Assembly: GCA_963716255.1 (NCBI GenBank)
Contig: OY970303.1
Span: forward strand, 6,592,001 to 6,656,000
Source of the DNA: an uncultured Gemmatimonadales bacterium
GTDB taxonomy: Bacteria; Gemmatimonadota; Gemmatimonadetes; Longimicrobiales; Longimicrobiaceae
Length of the DNA stretch: 64,000 nt
Direction of reading: 5' to 3'
In this document: in pieces, positions 30,658 to 40,080 of the stretch
How the letters are laid out: each line of letters begins with the position of its first letter
Position numbering within the stretch: the stretch's first letter is position 1
Program-made: the position numbers and the translations under genes
Notes under the pieces: model-generated
What the model was told of the DNA's origin: nothing
Database searches by the model: none
Seen by the model: the letters and a program-made list of their open reading frames with translations, nothing else

Positions 30658-32436
30658 TCACAGGAAGGTGTACACGTTGACGGCTTCCGCCGCGGCCCGC
30701 CGCTTCGTGTTGCGGGCCCCGAGCATCGCGATGAGATGGGTCCAGGCGGCCGGCTCGATGCCCCGGTCCACGACGTAGTCCTCGATGACGAGCGTGTCGA
30801 TGTTCGAGATGGCGAAGGTCCAGATGGCGTCCACGGGATCGAGGACGATTGGATCGCCGCGAAGGTTGAACGACGTGTTGAGGAGGATGGGACAGTCGGT
30901 GAGCCGATCGAACTCCACGAGGAGGGCGTGGAAGCGGGGGTTCGCGTCCTTGCCGACCGTCTGCACCCTGGCGGAGCCGTCGACGTGAGTGACCGCCGGC
31001 AGGGACAGCGGAGACGTGACGCGGCATGTCTCCAGCATGTACGGGGAGGGGTACGGCAGGTCGAAGTGTTCGGACATCTTCGACTGGAGCACCGCTGGCG
31101 CGAAGGGCCGGAACGCTTCGCGCATCTTGACCAGAGCGTTGATGCGGTCGCGCATCTCCGGGCGCCTCGGATCAGCGAGGATGGAGCGGGCCCCGAGCGC
31201 CCGTGCCCCGAACTCCATGCGCCCCTGGAACCACCCGATGACTTTTCCGTCGGCCAGGCGCTCGACCGTCGCCCGGATGAGTCCGGGCTGGTCTCCAGTG
31301 TAGTCGAGCACCGCTTCGCGAAGAGGGCTGTTGTGGATGAGCTGGGAGACCTGCTGGTTCGAGTAGCTCGGCCCGAGATACACGTGCCGGAGCGGCTCCG
31401 TGGAGGGACGGCTCCCGGTCCGCCGAACGCACGCGACGGCGGCCGCCCCGAGCGCCCCGCCCGCGTCGCTGGCCGCCGGCTGCACGAACAGGTTGGCGAA
31501 CGGCCCCTCGCGGTGGATCCTCCCGTTCGCGACGCAGTTGAGGGCGACCCCGCCGGCCATGCACAGGTGATCGCCGGGGTGGCGCCGGTGAAGGTAGCGC
31601 ACCTTCTCGAGGAGGATCTCCTCCAGAACGACCTGGACGCTCGACGCAACGTCCTTGTGGAACTGCGACAGCTCCGACTCGGCGACCCGGGGGGGCTGGC
31701 CGAACAGCTGGCACAGGCGGTCCGAGTACATCCGGTCCCGGCCCAGGTAGTCGAAGTAGCTCATGTCGAGGCGGTACTGGCCGCCCGCCTGCACCTCGAC
31801 GAGCTTCCGGACCCTGTCGGCATACCTGGGCTCGCCGTACGGCGCGAGCCCCATGACCTTGTATTCCGCGTCGTTCACGTCGAAGCCCAGGTAGCCCGTG
31901 ATCCCACTGTAGAGGAGACCCAGGGAATGGGGGAACTCCACCTCCTCGAACAGGTCGATCAAGTCTCCAGCCGCGTGGCCGTAGGTCGTGGTGGCCCACT
32001 CGCCGACCCCGTCCACCGTCAGGAGAGCCGCTTCCGGGTATCCGGAAAAGAAGAACGCGCTGGCGGCGTGGGAGAGGTGATGCTCGACGAATTCGACAGG
32101 GCCATCATAGCCGAGCGACTGCTTGATGTCCGCCTCGGCTCGACCCGGATCGATCCGGAAGCGCCGCCGGGGATCCGTGAGGACGTCCGGCAGGCCGGCC
32201 CAGAGCTGTCGGGCGGCCTTCTTCACCGGGTTCTCGTAGTACGCGACGCAGGTGATGTCATCGATCGTGACGCGTGCCTCGCCGAGGCAGTAGCGAAATG
32301 CCCGCGCCGGGATGCCGGCGTCGTGCTTGATCCTCGTGAACCGCTCCTCCTCCGCCGCGGCGACGAGGACTCCGTCCCTGATGAGGCAGCACGCCGAGTC
32401 ATGGTAGTGCGCAGATATTCCGACGATGACGCTCAT
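30658..32436 (-). CDS. O-carbamoyltransferase, NodU/CmcH/TobZ family
   Basis: GISAHYHDSAC, AAEEERFTRIKH, EHHLSHAASAF, DGVGE, EYKVMGLAPYG, AGGVALNCVAN, GRMEFGARALGARSIL, FRPFAP, HVDGSARVQTV, LNTSFN. Confidence 0.96.
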   Translation of the reverse strand: MSVIVGISAHYHDSACCLIRDGVLVAAAEEERFTRIKHDAGIPARAFRYCLGEARVTIDDITCVAYYENPVKKAARQLWAGLPDVLTDPRRRFRIDPGRAEADIKQSLGYDGPVEFVEHHLSHAASAFFFSGYPEAALLTVDGVGEWATTTYGHAAGDLIDLFEEVEFPHSLGLLYSGITGYLGFDVNDAEYKVMGLAPYGEPRYADRVRKLVEVQAGGQYRLDMSYFDYLGRDRMYSDRLCQLFGQPPRVAESELSQFHKDVASSVQVVLEEILLEKVRYLHRRHPGDHLCMAGGVALNCVANGRIHREGPFANLFVQPAASDAGGALGAAAVACVRRTGSRPSTEPLRHVYLGPSYSNQQVSQLIHNSPLREAVLDYTGDQPGLIRATVERLADGKVIGWFQGRMEFGARALGARSILADPRRPEMRDRINALVKMREAFRPFAPAVLQSKMSEHFDLPYPSPYMLETCRVTSPLSLPAVTHVDGSARVQTVGKDANPRFHALLVEFDRLTDCPILLNTSFNLRGDPIVLDPVDAIWTFAISNIDTLVIEDYVVDRGIEPAAWTHLIAMLGARNTKRRAAAEAVNVYTFL

Positions 32437-32677
32437 ACGCAGAATCCCGGGCCGGTGGAGTCTGCCGACCGAAAGCGACGGTGGCCGGTGGAGACGACGG
32501 AGTGTGCCGCGGAAGGCGGTGCCGCGGGCAAGCGGGGGTCCGCCGCCCGAGCCCGGAGGGATGAAGAGGACGGCGCTATCACCGGTGCACGCGCTCTCGA
32601 GCTGCTCCGAGTCGTGGCGGTGACACCCGGGGCCCTTCCGGGCCTCAGGAGATCAACTTTTGGTTCACTGTGACCGA

Positions 32678-32706
32678 ATGATTGTGGCCTGCCGGTAAAG
32701 TGTCAA
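32678..32706 (-). promoter_or_regulatory. Putative sigma70-type promoter for the carbamoyltransferase-SGNH operon
   Basis: Minus strand TTGACA (32706-32701), 17 nt, AATCAT (32683-32678), in an AT-rich island. Confidence 0.5.
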
Positions 32707-32755
32707 TCTTCTTGTACGCGCGTATTCTGAAACTTTTGGTGAAAAAACGGGACCA

Positions 32756-32784
32756 TTGACGCGGATGTGAGAAACGCGGATACT
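32756..32784 (+). promoter_or_regulatory. Putative sigma70-type promoter for the glycosylase-PKS-NRPS operon
   Basis: TTGACG (32756-32761), 17 nt, GATACT (32779-32784). Confidence 0.55.
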
Positions 32785-33103
32785 GTTCTCGGACGGGTCC
32801 ATCGAGGTGCCGGCCCTCGGGAACAGGTGTGCATCCGCTTTCGGTCAGAGATCGGTACTCGCCCCCAATATCGGAGTGCCGCGGTAGGCGTGCTCGTACC
32901 TGGCTGGCCGCGCAGGCTTCACGGTCCAGTCGTCGGGGCGCGGGTTTCACCTTCGGCCTCCTGTTGACCGATTGAGAACAGGAACTCCATCTGGTGGGAG
33001 ACTCGGCAGCGGCTGCCCTCGCCACCCTGGCCGGCGGCAGTCCCAATCCGCGGCGACGGACAAACCGGTGGCATCTCCGATCCCCGGGAAGAATACGCCC
33101 ACC

Positions 33104-34225
33104 GTGACCAGTTCTGGTTCCCGGCGGTTGCGGGCTCACGCGATCGCCTGGTCTCTCTTCCGTCCGACCACGCTGGAAGCCGCGATCGACCGTCTGGGGT
33201 TCGTACAGGCGGATCCCATCCGATCGCCCGCGAGGGCTCAGGACCTCATTCTGCGCCACAGGGTGTCCGCCTATCGCGCCGGCGACCTCGAGCGGCGGTA
33301 TCCCTCGCTCGAGGTCGAGGAGGGTCTGCTCTACGCATATGGCTTTCTCCCCAGCCGGGCGTGGCGGATCCTGCATCCCGGGGGCACGGCTGGCCTGTCC
33401 GAGCTCGAGGTCCGGGTCCTCGCCGCGGTTCGCCGCCACGGCGCGATGCACCCCGGAGAAATGGGAGCACACTTCGGGAGTGAACGGGTCGTCAACTCCT
33501 GGGGAGGCCGCTCGAAAGCCACCAAGGTCGCGCTCGAACGACTGCACTACCACGGACTTCTCAGGATCGCCCGGCGCGAGAACGGAATCCGGATCTACGA
33601 GGTGGCCCCGTCGCCCGTCGAAGCCCTGCCGCCCACGGAGCGCTTTGCCGAGCTGGTGCTCATGCTCGCCGGCGTCCTGGCTCCGGTCTCGGAGAAGACT
33701 CTCCAGGCGGTCGCCGCCCGCCTCCGGCGCCTGGTGCCCGGCGTCGGGGACCACCGGACGGTGTTGCGCCGTCTCCTGAAGACGGGCGAGCTGGAAAGCC
33801 AGGCGACGGACGGCTTCACGTACCTCTGGCCGGCGCCCGGGATCGTGCACGAGGAGGCACCACGGCGCGTGCGGTTCCTCGCTCCATTCGATCCGCTGGT
33901 GTGGGATCGCCGGCGATTCGAGCACTTGTGGCGCTGGTCCTACCGCTTCGAGGCCTACACACCTCCTGCCAGGCGCCTCCGCGGGTACTACTCGATGCCG
34001 CTGCTCTGGGGCGACTCCATCATCGGCTGGGCGAACGCGAGCGTGACCGGAAGCGGTCTGGGCGTCGAGCTCGGCTTCGTCGACCGGCGCCCCGGCGACC
34101 CCGAGTTCCACCGGGAAGTGGAGGCGGAGGTCGCGCGCATGGAAGTTTTTCTCGATCGGGACGGCACCGGGTCGACCGAAAGCCACGGCCCGCCCGCGGG
34201 CCAATCCGAGGAGCCGACGAGATGA
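33104..34225 (+). CDS. ycaQ: YcaQ/AlkZ-family (HTH_42, winged-helix) DNA crosslink-repair glycosylase, QxD type
   Basis: LGFVQADPI...RAQDLILRHRV, with catalytic-type QAD at 33206-33214; C-terminal FLAPFDPLVWDRRRFEHLW..YRFEAYTP...GYY.MPLLWGD. ORF is open from 32972; GTG 33104 is the more likely start. Stop TGA overlaps the PKS ATG. Symbol given at family level only. Confidence 0.88.
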   Translation: MTSSGSRRLRAHAIAWSLFRPTTLEAAIDRLGFVQADPIRSPARAQDLILRHRVSAYRAGDLERRYPSLEVEEGLLYAYGFLPSRAWRILHPGGTAGLSELEVRVLAAVRRHGAMHPGEMGAHFGSERVVNSWGGRSKATKVALERLHYHGLLRIARRENGIRIYEVAPSPVEALPPTERFAELVLMLAGVLAPVSEKTLQAVAARLRRLVPGVGDHRTVLRRLLKTGELESQATDGFTYLWPAPGIVHEEAPRRVRFLAPFDPLVWDRRRFEHLWRWSYRFEAYTPPARRLRGYYSMPLLWGDSIIGWANASVTGSGLGVELGFVDRRPGDPEFHREVEAEVARMEVFLDRDGTGSTESHGPPAGQSEEPTR

Positions 34226-37200
34226 TCCTACCCGAGGGGGCCGACGACCCCGTTCAGGGAATTGCCATCGTGGGCATGGCTTGCCGCTTTCCCGGCAGCG
34301 CCGATGTCGACGAGTTCTGGCGAGCGTTGCGGGCGGGAAAGGAGGCGGTGACCTTCTTCTCGGAGGAGGAGCTGAGGTCAGCGGGTGTGGATCCCGCCCT
34401 CCTGGAGAATCCCCATTACGTGCGAGCCAAGGGCGTACTGGCAGGCGTCGATCTGTTCGACGCCGAATTCTTTGGTTTCAGTCCCAGGGAGGCCGAGCTG
34501 ACCGATCCACAGCAGCGGCTCTTCCTGGAGTGTGCCTGGACCGCGCTGGAAGATGCAGGTCACGATCCGGCTTCATACCCCGGGACCATCGGCGTGTACG
34601 CAGGCGCGGGCTGGACGAGCTACCTGCTGTTCAACCTCGCCACCCAGAGCGGCCTGCTCGAGTCAGATGCCGGGCACCAGACGTTGCTGGGGAACGACAA
34701 GGACAACCTGACGACCCGGGTCTCGTACAAGCTCGACCTCCACGGCCCGAGCGTCGCCGTCCAGACGGGTTGCTCCACCTCCCTCGTCGCCACCGCCCTC
34801 GCCTGCCAGAGCCTGCTGAGCTATCACTGCGACGTCGCGCTGGCAGGCGGCGTATCGGTCACGGTTCCCCAGACGGGATACCTGCATCGAGCGGGGGGAA
34901 TCCTCTCTCCGGACGGGCATTGCCGGGCATTCGACGCCCGGGCGCAGGGTACCGTGATCGGCAGCGGAGCCGGGGTCGTGGTCCTGAAGCGCCTGGAAGA
35001 AGCCATCGCCGAGGGCGATCACATCTACGCGGTCATCAAGGCCACGGCCATCAACAACGACGGTGCGCTGAAGGCCGGATACACCGCCCCCAGCGTGGAA
35101 GGACAGACGAAGTGCATCGTGGAGGCCCACGCGCTGGCGGGTGTCTCCCCCGGGAGCATCACCTACGTGGAGGCCCACGGAACCGGCACCGCCCTGGGAG
35201 ATCCCATTGAGGTCGCGGCGCTGACCCGGGCGTTCCGCGAGGGCACCTCCGCCAACGGCTTCTGCGCGCTCGGCTCCGTGAAGACGAACCTCGGCCACCT
35301 GGACGCCGCCGCCGGCGTGGCCGGGCTGATCAAGACCGCGCTCGCGCTCCAGCACCGGGAAATCCCGCCCAGCCTCCACTTCGAGAGCCCCAACCCGCAG
35401 ATCGACTTCGCCGGCGGCCCCTTCTACGTGCGCGCCACCCTCGCTCCCTGGGAGACGGGCGGCACGCCCCGGCGGGCGGGGGTAAGCTCCTTCGGCTTGG
35501 GCGGGACCAACGCGCACGCCGTCCTGGAGGAAGCGCCGGCCCCCGCGCCCTCCCGGCACGACGGGTCGCCGCAGCTGCTGATCCTCTCCGCCAGGACAGA
35601 GGAGGCGCTGGAGAGCGCCACGACGCGCCTGGCTCGCCACCTCCGGGAGCACCCGGAGCTGGAGCTGGCCGATGTCGCCCACACGCTGCGGGTAGGACGC
35701 AAAGGGTTCGCCCATCGGCGATTCCTCATCTGCCGGGACACCGGGGAAGCGGTACGCGCGCTGGAGGAACGAGATCCGGGGTGCGTCTCATCCCACGTGC
35801 CGGATACGGGGGATCGCCCAGTCGCGTTCATGTTCACCGGGCAGGGGGCGCAGTACGTGGACATGGCGCGGGAGCTGTACGATGGCGAGCCAGCGTTCCG
35901 CGGCCCCGTGGACCACTGCCTCGGCCTCCTGGCTTCGCGGCACGGGATCGACCTGCGTCCGCTGCTGTACCCCGCCGACGAGCACCGGGAGGACGCGGCG
36001 AGACAGCTGGCGGAGACCGGGAACGCACAGCCCGCGCTGTTCGTGGTGGAGTACGCCCTCGCCCGGATGTGGACGTCTTGGGGGATTGCGATGCACGCGG
36101 CGATCGGCCACAGCATCGGCGAGTACGTCGCCGCGACGCTGGCGGGCGTGCTGGCGCTGGAGGACGCCCTCGCGCTGGTGGCGCTGCGCGGCCGGCTCAT
36201 GCAGGGACTCCCTCGCGGAGCCATGCTGGCGGTCCCGCTCTCCGCCGGTGAGGTGGCGCCGCTGCTCGGGCCGAATCTATCCCTGGCGGCGATCAACCAG
36301 CCATCCTCCTGCGTCGTCTCCGGCCCCCCAGACGCCATCGCCGCGATGCGGCGGGAGCTGGAGGCCCGCGAGGTGGAGTGCCAGCCGCTCCACACGTCGC
36401 ACGCGTTCCACTCGCACATGATGGATCCGATGCTGGCGCCGTTCCGGGAGCGGCTCCGGCAGCTCCGGCTGCGACCACCGCGGGTCCCGTACGTTTCCAA
36501 CCTCACCGGCACCTGGATCACCGTCGCTGAAGCGACGGACCCGGAGTACTGGGTCCGGCACGTCCGCGAGCCGGTCCGCTTCGCCGACGGGCTGCGGACA
36601 CTGCTGGCCGCGGACGGTCCCGTCCTGCTCGAAGTGGGGCCGGGCCGCACGCTGACCCGCTTCGCCCAGCGGCATCCCGACCGCGGACCGGAGCAACTCG
36701 TCGTCGCCAGCCTCCGCCACCCCCACGACGAATCGTCCGACCTGGCCTTCCTCCGGGATACGTTGGGCCGGCTCTGGCTGTCCGGCGTCCGGGTGGACTG
36801 GCCGGCGGTCTCCCGGGACCGGCGCCACCGCCGGGTCCGCCTGCCCACCTATCCGTTCGAACGGCAGCGCTACTGGATCGAGCCGCCCGGCCGGAGCCTC
36901 CCGGGCGGGCCGCCTCGAGCCTCGCCGGCCCCGGAGGAGATCTGGGATGCGCTCGTAGCGGCCGCGGAGGAGGAGGCGAATGCGGTCGTCGGTGCGTTCG
37001 ACCTGCAGGAGCACCTGAATAAGCGGCGATCCCTGGACGACCTCTGCGTCGCTCAGGCCAACCTCGCCCTGCGGCGGCTGGGCGCCTTCCAGGAGCCGGC
37101 GGACAGCTACACGCCGGACGCGCTGGCGCGGAGCTGCGGCATCGATTCACGCTTTTCACAGCTGTTCTCGCGGATGCTGGCGACGCTCTCGGAGCATGGC

Positions 37201-40038
37201 CACCTGCGGCACGAGGGCGGGTCGCGGACTGGCCTTCTCCCCTGCACGCCGGAGACGGTCCGGCACCTGGCCGGGGAGGCCCGGCGGAGGTGGGCGAATG
37301 CACCCGAGGTGATCGAGCTGGTGGAGAGTTGCGGGGAGGCTCTGCCCGCGGTCCTGCGGGGCGAGCAGGACCCACTGGAGCTGTTCTCGCCGGTGCTGGA
37401 GCGAGAGACTTCGCCTTCCCGCTCGGAGCCGTCGCTCGAGCCCAGCTACAACAGTGTCCTCCGCCGCGGGGTGGAGGCAGTCCTGAAGCGGCTTCCCGGG
37501 ACTGCGGCCCTGCGGATCCTGGAGATCGGGGGCGGGACGGGCATCGCAACGGCGGCGCTGCTGCCGGTACTGCCCCCCGAGCGCACGCGCTACACGTTCA
37601 CCGACGTGGGAAAGTCCTTTCTGGCCCGGGCCAGACAGAGGTTCGCCGCGTACCCGTTCATCGGCTACGGCATTCTCGACGTCGAGCAGCCGCCGCAGGA
37701 GCAGGGCTATCCCGCGCACGGCTACGACGTGGTCGTCGCCGTCAACATGCTCCACGTGACCCGGAACATGGGCGAGACGCTCGAGCACGTCCGTTCGCTC
37801 CTGGCGCCCGGCGGGCTGCTGCTGATCTGGGAGATCACGCGGCCCACGCCCGACTTCGACGTCACCTACGGGTTGCTGATGAACCCGGTGGAGGATGGCA
37901 AGCGCAGCCAGAGCAACCCTTTCCTGTCCGGCAGCGAGTGGGTGGACGCGCTCCGTGCCCACGGCTTCGCCCGGGTCGCGATCCTTCCCGACAATTCCCT
38001 GCTGGAGCACCAGATCCTGGCCGCCCAGGCCACGAACGAAGCGCCCCTCTCGTCCCGGTCCGCGCTGACGCCGGCGTTCGGCAGCGTCGCCGCCTCACCG
38101 GAAGGCGCGCCCGGGCCCCGGTCGCCGCTCGCGAAGAAGGGCGACGTCGGAGAATGGTTCCACGTTCCCTCGTGGAAGCGCTCCAGCCGGCCATTGCCGG
38201 CGGAGCCCGCCGGCCCCCCGGCGGGACCCTGGCTGATCTTCGCCGACCGGTGTGGCCTGGGCGAGGATCTCGCCGGGCGGCTCGTGCTGCGGGGACAGGA
38301 CGTCCTGACCGTGCAGGCGGGCAACGGGTTCCGGGACGAGGGGGAGCGCTCGTTCACGATCGATCCCGCGCGGCCCGCCGATTATGCCGCGCTGCTGGAG
38401 GAGCTGCGCGCTCAGGGCAGGTTGCCGTCGAAGGTGGTGCACCTGTGGGCCGTCACGCCCGACCACCCCCCCGGGGCCAACGGCGAGATCCCCGGGGAGC
38501 CGGGGTTCGCGGAGCTTCACGGCCTCATCTTCCTGGCCCAGGCGCTGGGCGAGCAGAACGCCATCGGGTCGCTGGAGATCACGGTGGTCTCCAGCCACCT
38601 GCAGGAGGTGACGGGTGAAGAGACCATCCTCCCGGAGAAGGCGCTGCTGCTGGGGCCCTGCCGGGTGATTCCCCTGGAGTACCCACACGTCCACTGCCGG
38701 AGCGTGGACGTCGTGTACTCCGGTACCCGGAGGGACGAGCGCGTGGTGGAGCAGCTGCTGGACGAGGTGCTCGCCGGCTTTCCGGACCCGGTCGTCGCGT
38801 ACCGGGGCCCGCACCGCTGGGTGCAGACCATCGAGCCGGTGCGGCTGGAACGGCCCGCCGGAGTGCCGTCCGTGCTGAAGAGGAACGGGGTCTACCTGAT
38901 CACCGGGGGGCTGGGGAAGATCGGGCTCACGGTCGCCGAGTACCTGGCGAAAACCGTGGCCGCGAAGCTGATCCTGACGGGCCGCACGGGGTTCCCGCCG
39001 CCGGACGAGTGGGAGCGGTGGCTGGCTCTCGACGGAGAGGAGGGCGAGCGCGGCCGCACCCTGCGCAAGCTGCGCGAGCTCGAGGCGCTCGGCTCCGAAG
39101 TCCTGGTGATGAGCGCCGACGTCGCGGACCTGGAGCAGATGCGGGCGGCGGTGGTCGGCGCCCGGGAGCGGTTCGGGCCCATCGACGGGGTGGTTCACTC
39201 GGCGGGACTCCTCGGGGACGGTGCCATCCAGACCAAGACGCCGGAGCAGGTGGAAGAGATCCTGCGCCCCAAGGTGACGGGCACGTTCGTCCTCGACGCG
39301 GTCTTCAGGGATACGCCGCTGGACTTCCTGGTCCTGTTTTCGTCGAACTCCGCGGTGAAGCCCGGTTTCGGCCAGGTCGCCTACTCGGCGGCCAACAACT
39401 TCCTCGATGCCTTCGCCTGCGGCGCTGCGGCGCGCGGCCGCCGGAGGGTGTCGTGCCTCAGCTGGGACGTCTGGAAGGGGGAAGGGATGGCTTATGACGC
39501 AACGGCCCCCCTGGCGCTGCGCCGGCTCAAGGAAGCGGACTTCAACCAGCGCGGCATACTTCCCCACGAGGGCGTCGAGGTGTTCAGCCGTGTCCTCGGA
39601 AGCATGCTCCCGCACGTCCTGGTTTCCACCTCGGACTACCTGAGGTCGGCCGACCTCGACCTTCCGCGGCTGTACCTGGACAAGGTGGAAGAGGCTCCGC
39701 TGCCCGCTTCGCGGCACGTACGGCCCAGGCTGAGCAACGCCTACGTCGCTCCGGGGAGCGAGACCGAGGAGACGCTGACCCGCATCTGGCAGGACCTCCT
39801 GGGGATCGACGCGATCGGCGTCGAGGACGACTTCTTCAATCTGGGTGGAGATTCCCTGATCGGCACGCAGCTCATCACCCGAGTCAAGGCCGGCTTCGGC
39901 GTGAAGCTGCCGATGAAGAGCGTCTACCTCCACCGCACCATCCGTAGCGTATCGACCGTGATCGAGGACGCGCTCGTGTCCCAGGCGAGCCCGGAGAAGC
40001 TCGGCGAGGTGCTGAAGCAGCTGGAAGGGCTCGAGTAG
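34222..40038 (+). CDS. Type I PKS module KS-AT(malonyl)-C-methyltransferase-KR-ACP
   Basis: ATG 34222 with RBS GAGGAG (34208-34213). KS QTGCSTS/HGTGT/NLGH; AT GHSIG/HAFH; MT ILEIGGGTG and VNMLH; KR GGLGKIG, HSAGLLGD, YSAAN; ACP FFNLGGDS. Confidence 0.94.
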   Translation: MILPEGADDPVQGIAIVGMACRFPGSADVDEFWRALRAGKEAVTFFSEEELRSAGVDPALLENPHYVRAKGVLAGVDLFDAEFFGFSPREAELTDPQQRLFLECAWTALEDAGHDPASYPGTIGVYAGAGWTSYLLFNLATQSGLLESDAGHQTLLGNDKDNLTTRVSYKLDLHGPSVAVQTGCSTSLVATALACQSLLSYHCDVALAGGVSVTVPQTGYLHRAGGILSPDGHCRAFDARAQGTVIGSGAGVVVLKRLEEAIAEGDHIYAVIKATAINNDGALKAGYTAPSVEGQTKCIVEAHALAGVSPGSITYVEAHGTGTALGDPIEVAALTRAFREGTSANGFCALGSVKTNLGHLDAAAGVAGLIKTALALQHREIPPSLHFESPNPQIDFAGGPFYVRATLAPWETGGTPRRAGVSSFGLGGTNAHAVLEEAPAPAPSRHDGSPQLLILSARTEEALESATTRLARHLREHPELELADVAHTLRVGRKGFAHRRFLICRDTGEAVRALEERDPGCVSSHVPDTGDRPVAFMFTGQGAQYVDMARELYDGEPAFRGPVDHCLGLLASRHGIDLRPLLYPADEHREDAARQLAETGNAQPALFVVEYALARMWTSWGIAMHAAIGHSIGEYVAATLAGVLALEDALALVALRGRLMQGLPRGAMLAVPLSAGEVAPLLGPNLSLAAINQPSSCVVSGPPDAIAAMRRELEAREVECQPLHTSHAFHSHMMDPMLAPFRERLRQLRLRPPRVPYVSNLTGTWITVAEATDPEYWVRHVREPVRFADGLRTLLAADGPVLLEVGPGRTLTRFAQRHPDRGPEQLVVASLRHPHDESSDLAFLRDTLGRLWLSGVRVDWPAVSRDRRHRRVRLPTYPFERQRYWIEPPGRSLPGGPPRASPAPEEIWDALVAAAEEEANAVVGAFDLQEHLNKRRSLDDLCVAQANLALRRLGAFQEPADSYTPDALARSCGIDSRFSQLFSRMLATLSEHGHLRHEGGSRTGLLPCTPETVRHLAGEARRRWANAPEVIELVESCGEALPAVLRGEQDPLELFSPVLERETSPSRSEPSLEPSYNSVLRRGVEAVLKRLPGTAALRILEIGGGTGIATAALLPVLPPERTRYTFTDVGKSFLARARQRFAAYPFIGYGILDVEQPPQEQGYPAHGYDVVVAVNMLHVTRNMGETLEHVRSLLAPGGLLLIWEITRPTPDFDVTYGLLMNPVEDGKRSQSNPFLSGSEWVDALRAHGFARVAILPDNSLLEHQILAAQATNEAPLSSRSALTPAFGSVAASPEGAPGPRSPLAKKGDVGEWFHVPSWKRSSRPLPAEPAGPPAGPWLIFADRCGLGEDLAGRLVLRGQDVLTVQAGNGFRDEGERSFTIDPARPADYAALLEELRAQGRLPSKVVHLWAVTPDHPPGANGEIPGEPGFAELHGLIFLAQALGEQNAIGSLEITVVSSHLQEVTGEETILPEKALLLGPCRVIPLEYPHVHCRSVDVVYSGTRRDERVVEQLLDEVLAGFPDPVVAYRGPHRWVQTIEPVRLERPAGVPSVLKRNGVYLITGGLGKIGLTVAEYLAKTVAAKLILTGRTGFPPPDEWERWLALDGEEGERGRTLRKLRELEALGSEVLVMSADVADLEQMRAAVVGARERFGPIDGVVHSAGLLGDGAIQTKTPEQVEEILRPKVTGTFVLDAVFRDTPLDFLVLFSSNSAVKPGFGQVAYSAANNFLDAFACGAAARGRRRVSCLSWDVWKGEGMAYDATAPLALRRLKEADFNQRGILPHEGVEVFSRVLGSMLPHVLVSTSDYLRSADLDLPRLYLDKVEEAPLPASRHVRPRLSNAYVAPGSETEETLTRIWQDLLGIDAIGVEDDFFNLGGDSLIGTQLITRVKAGFGVKLPMKSVYLHRTIRSVSTVIEDALVSQASPEKLGEVLKQLEGLE

Positions 40039-40080
40039 GCGGCTGGCAGGATCACCGTTCAGCGAACAGGGAGCGATTGC

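Noticed and set aside
28265..32673. Plus-strand ORFs 28265..30778 and 30604..32673
   Set aside because: Antisense shadows of the SGNH and carbamoyltransferase genes.
33901..34221. N-terminal extension of the PKS ORF
   Set aside because: It overlaps the glycosylase out of frame; ATG 34222 has a good RBS and directly precedes the KS.
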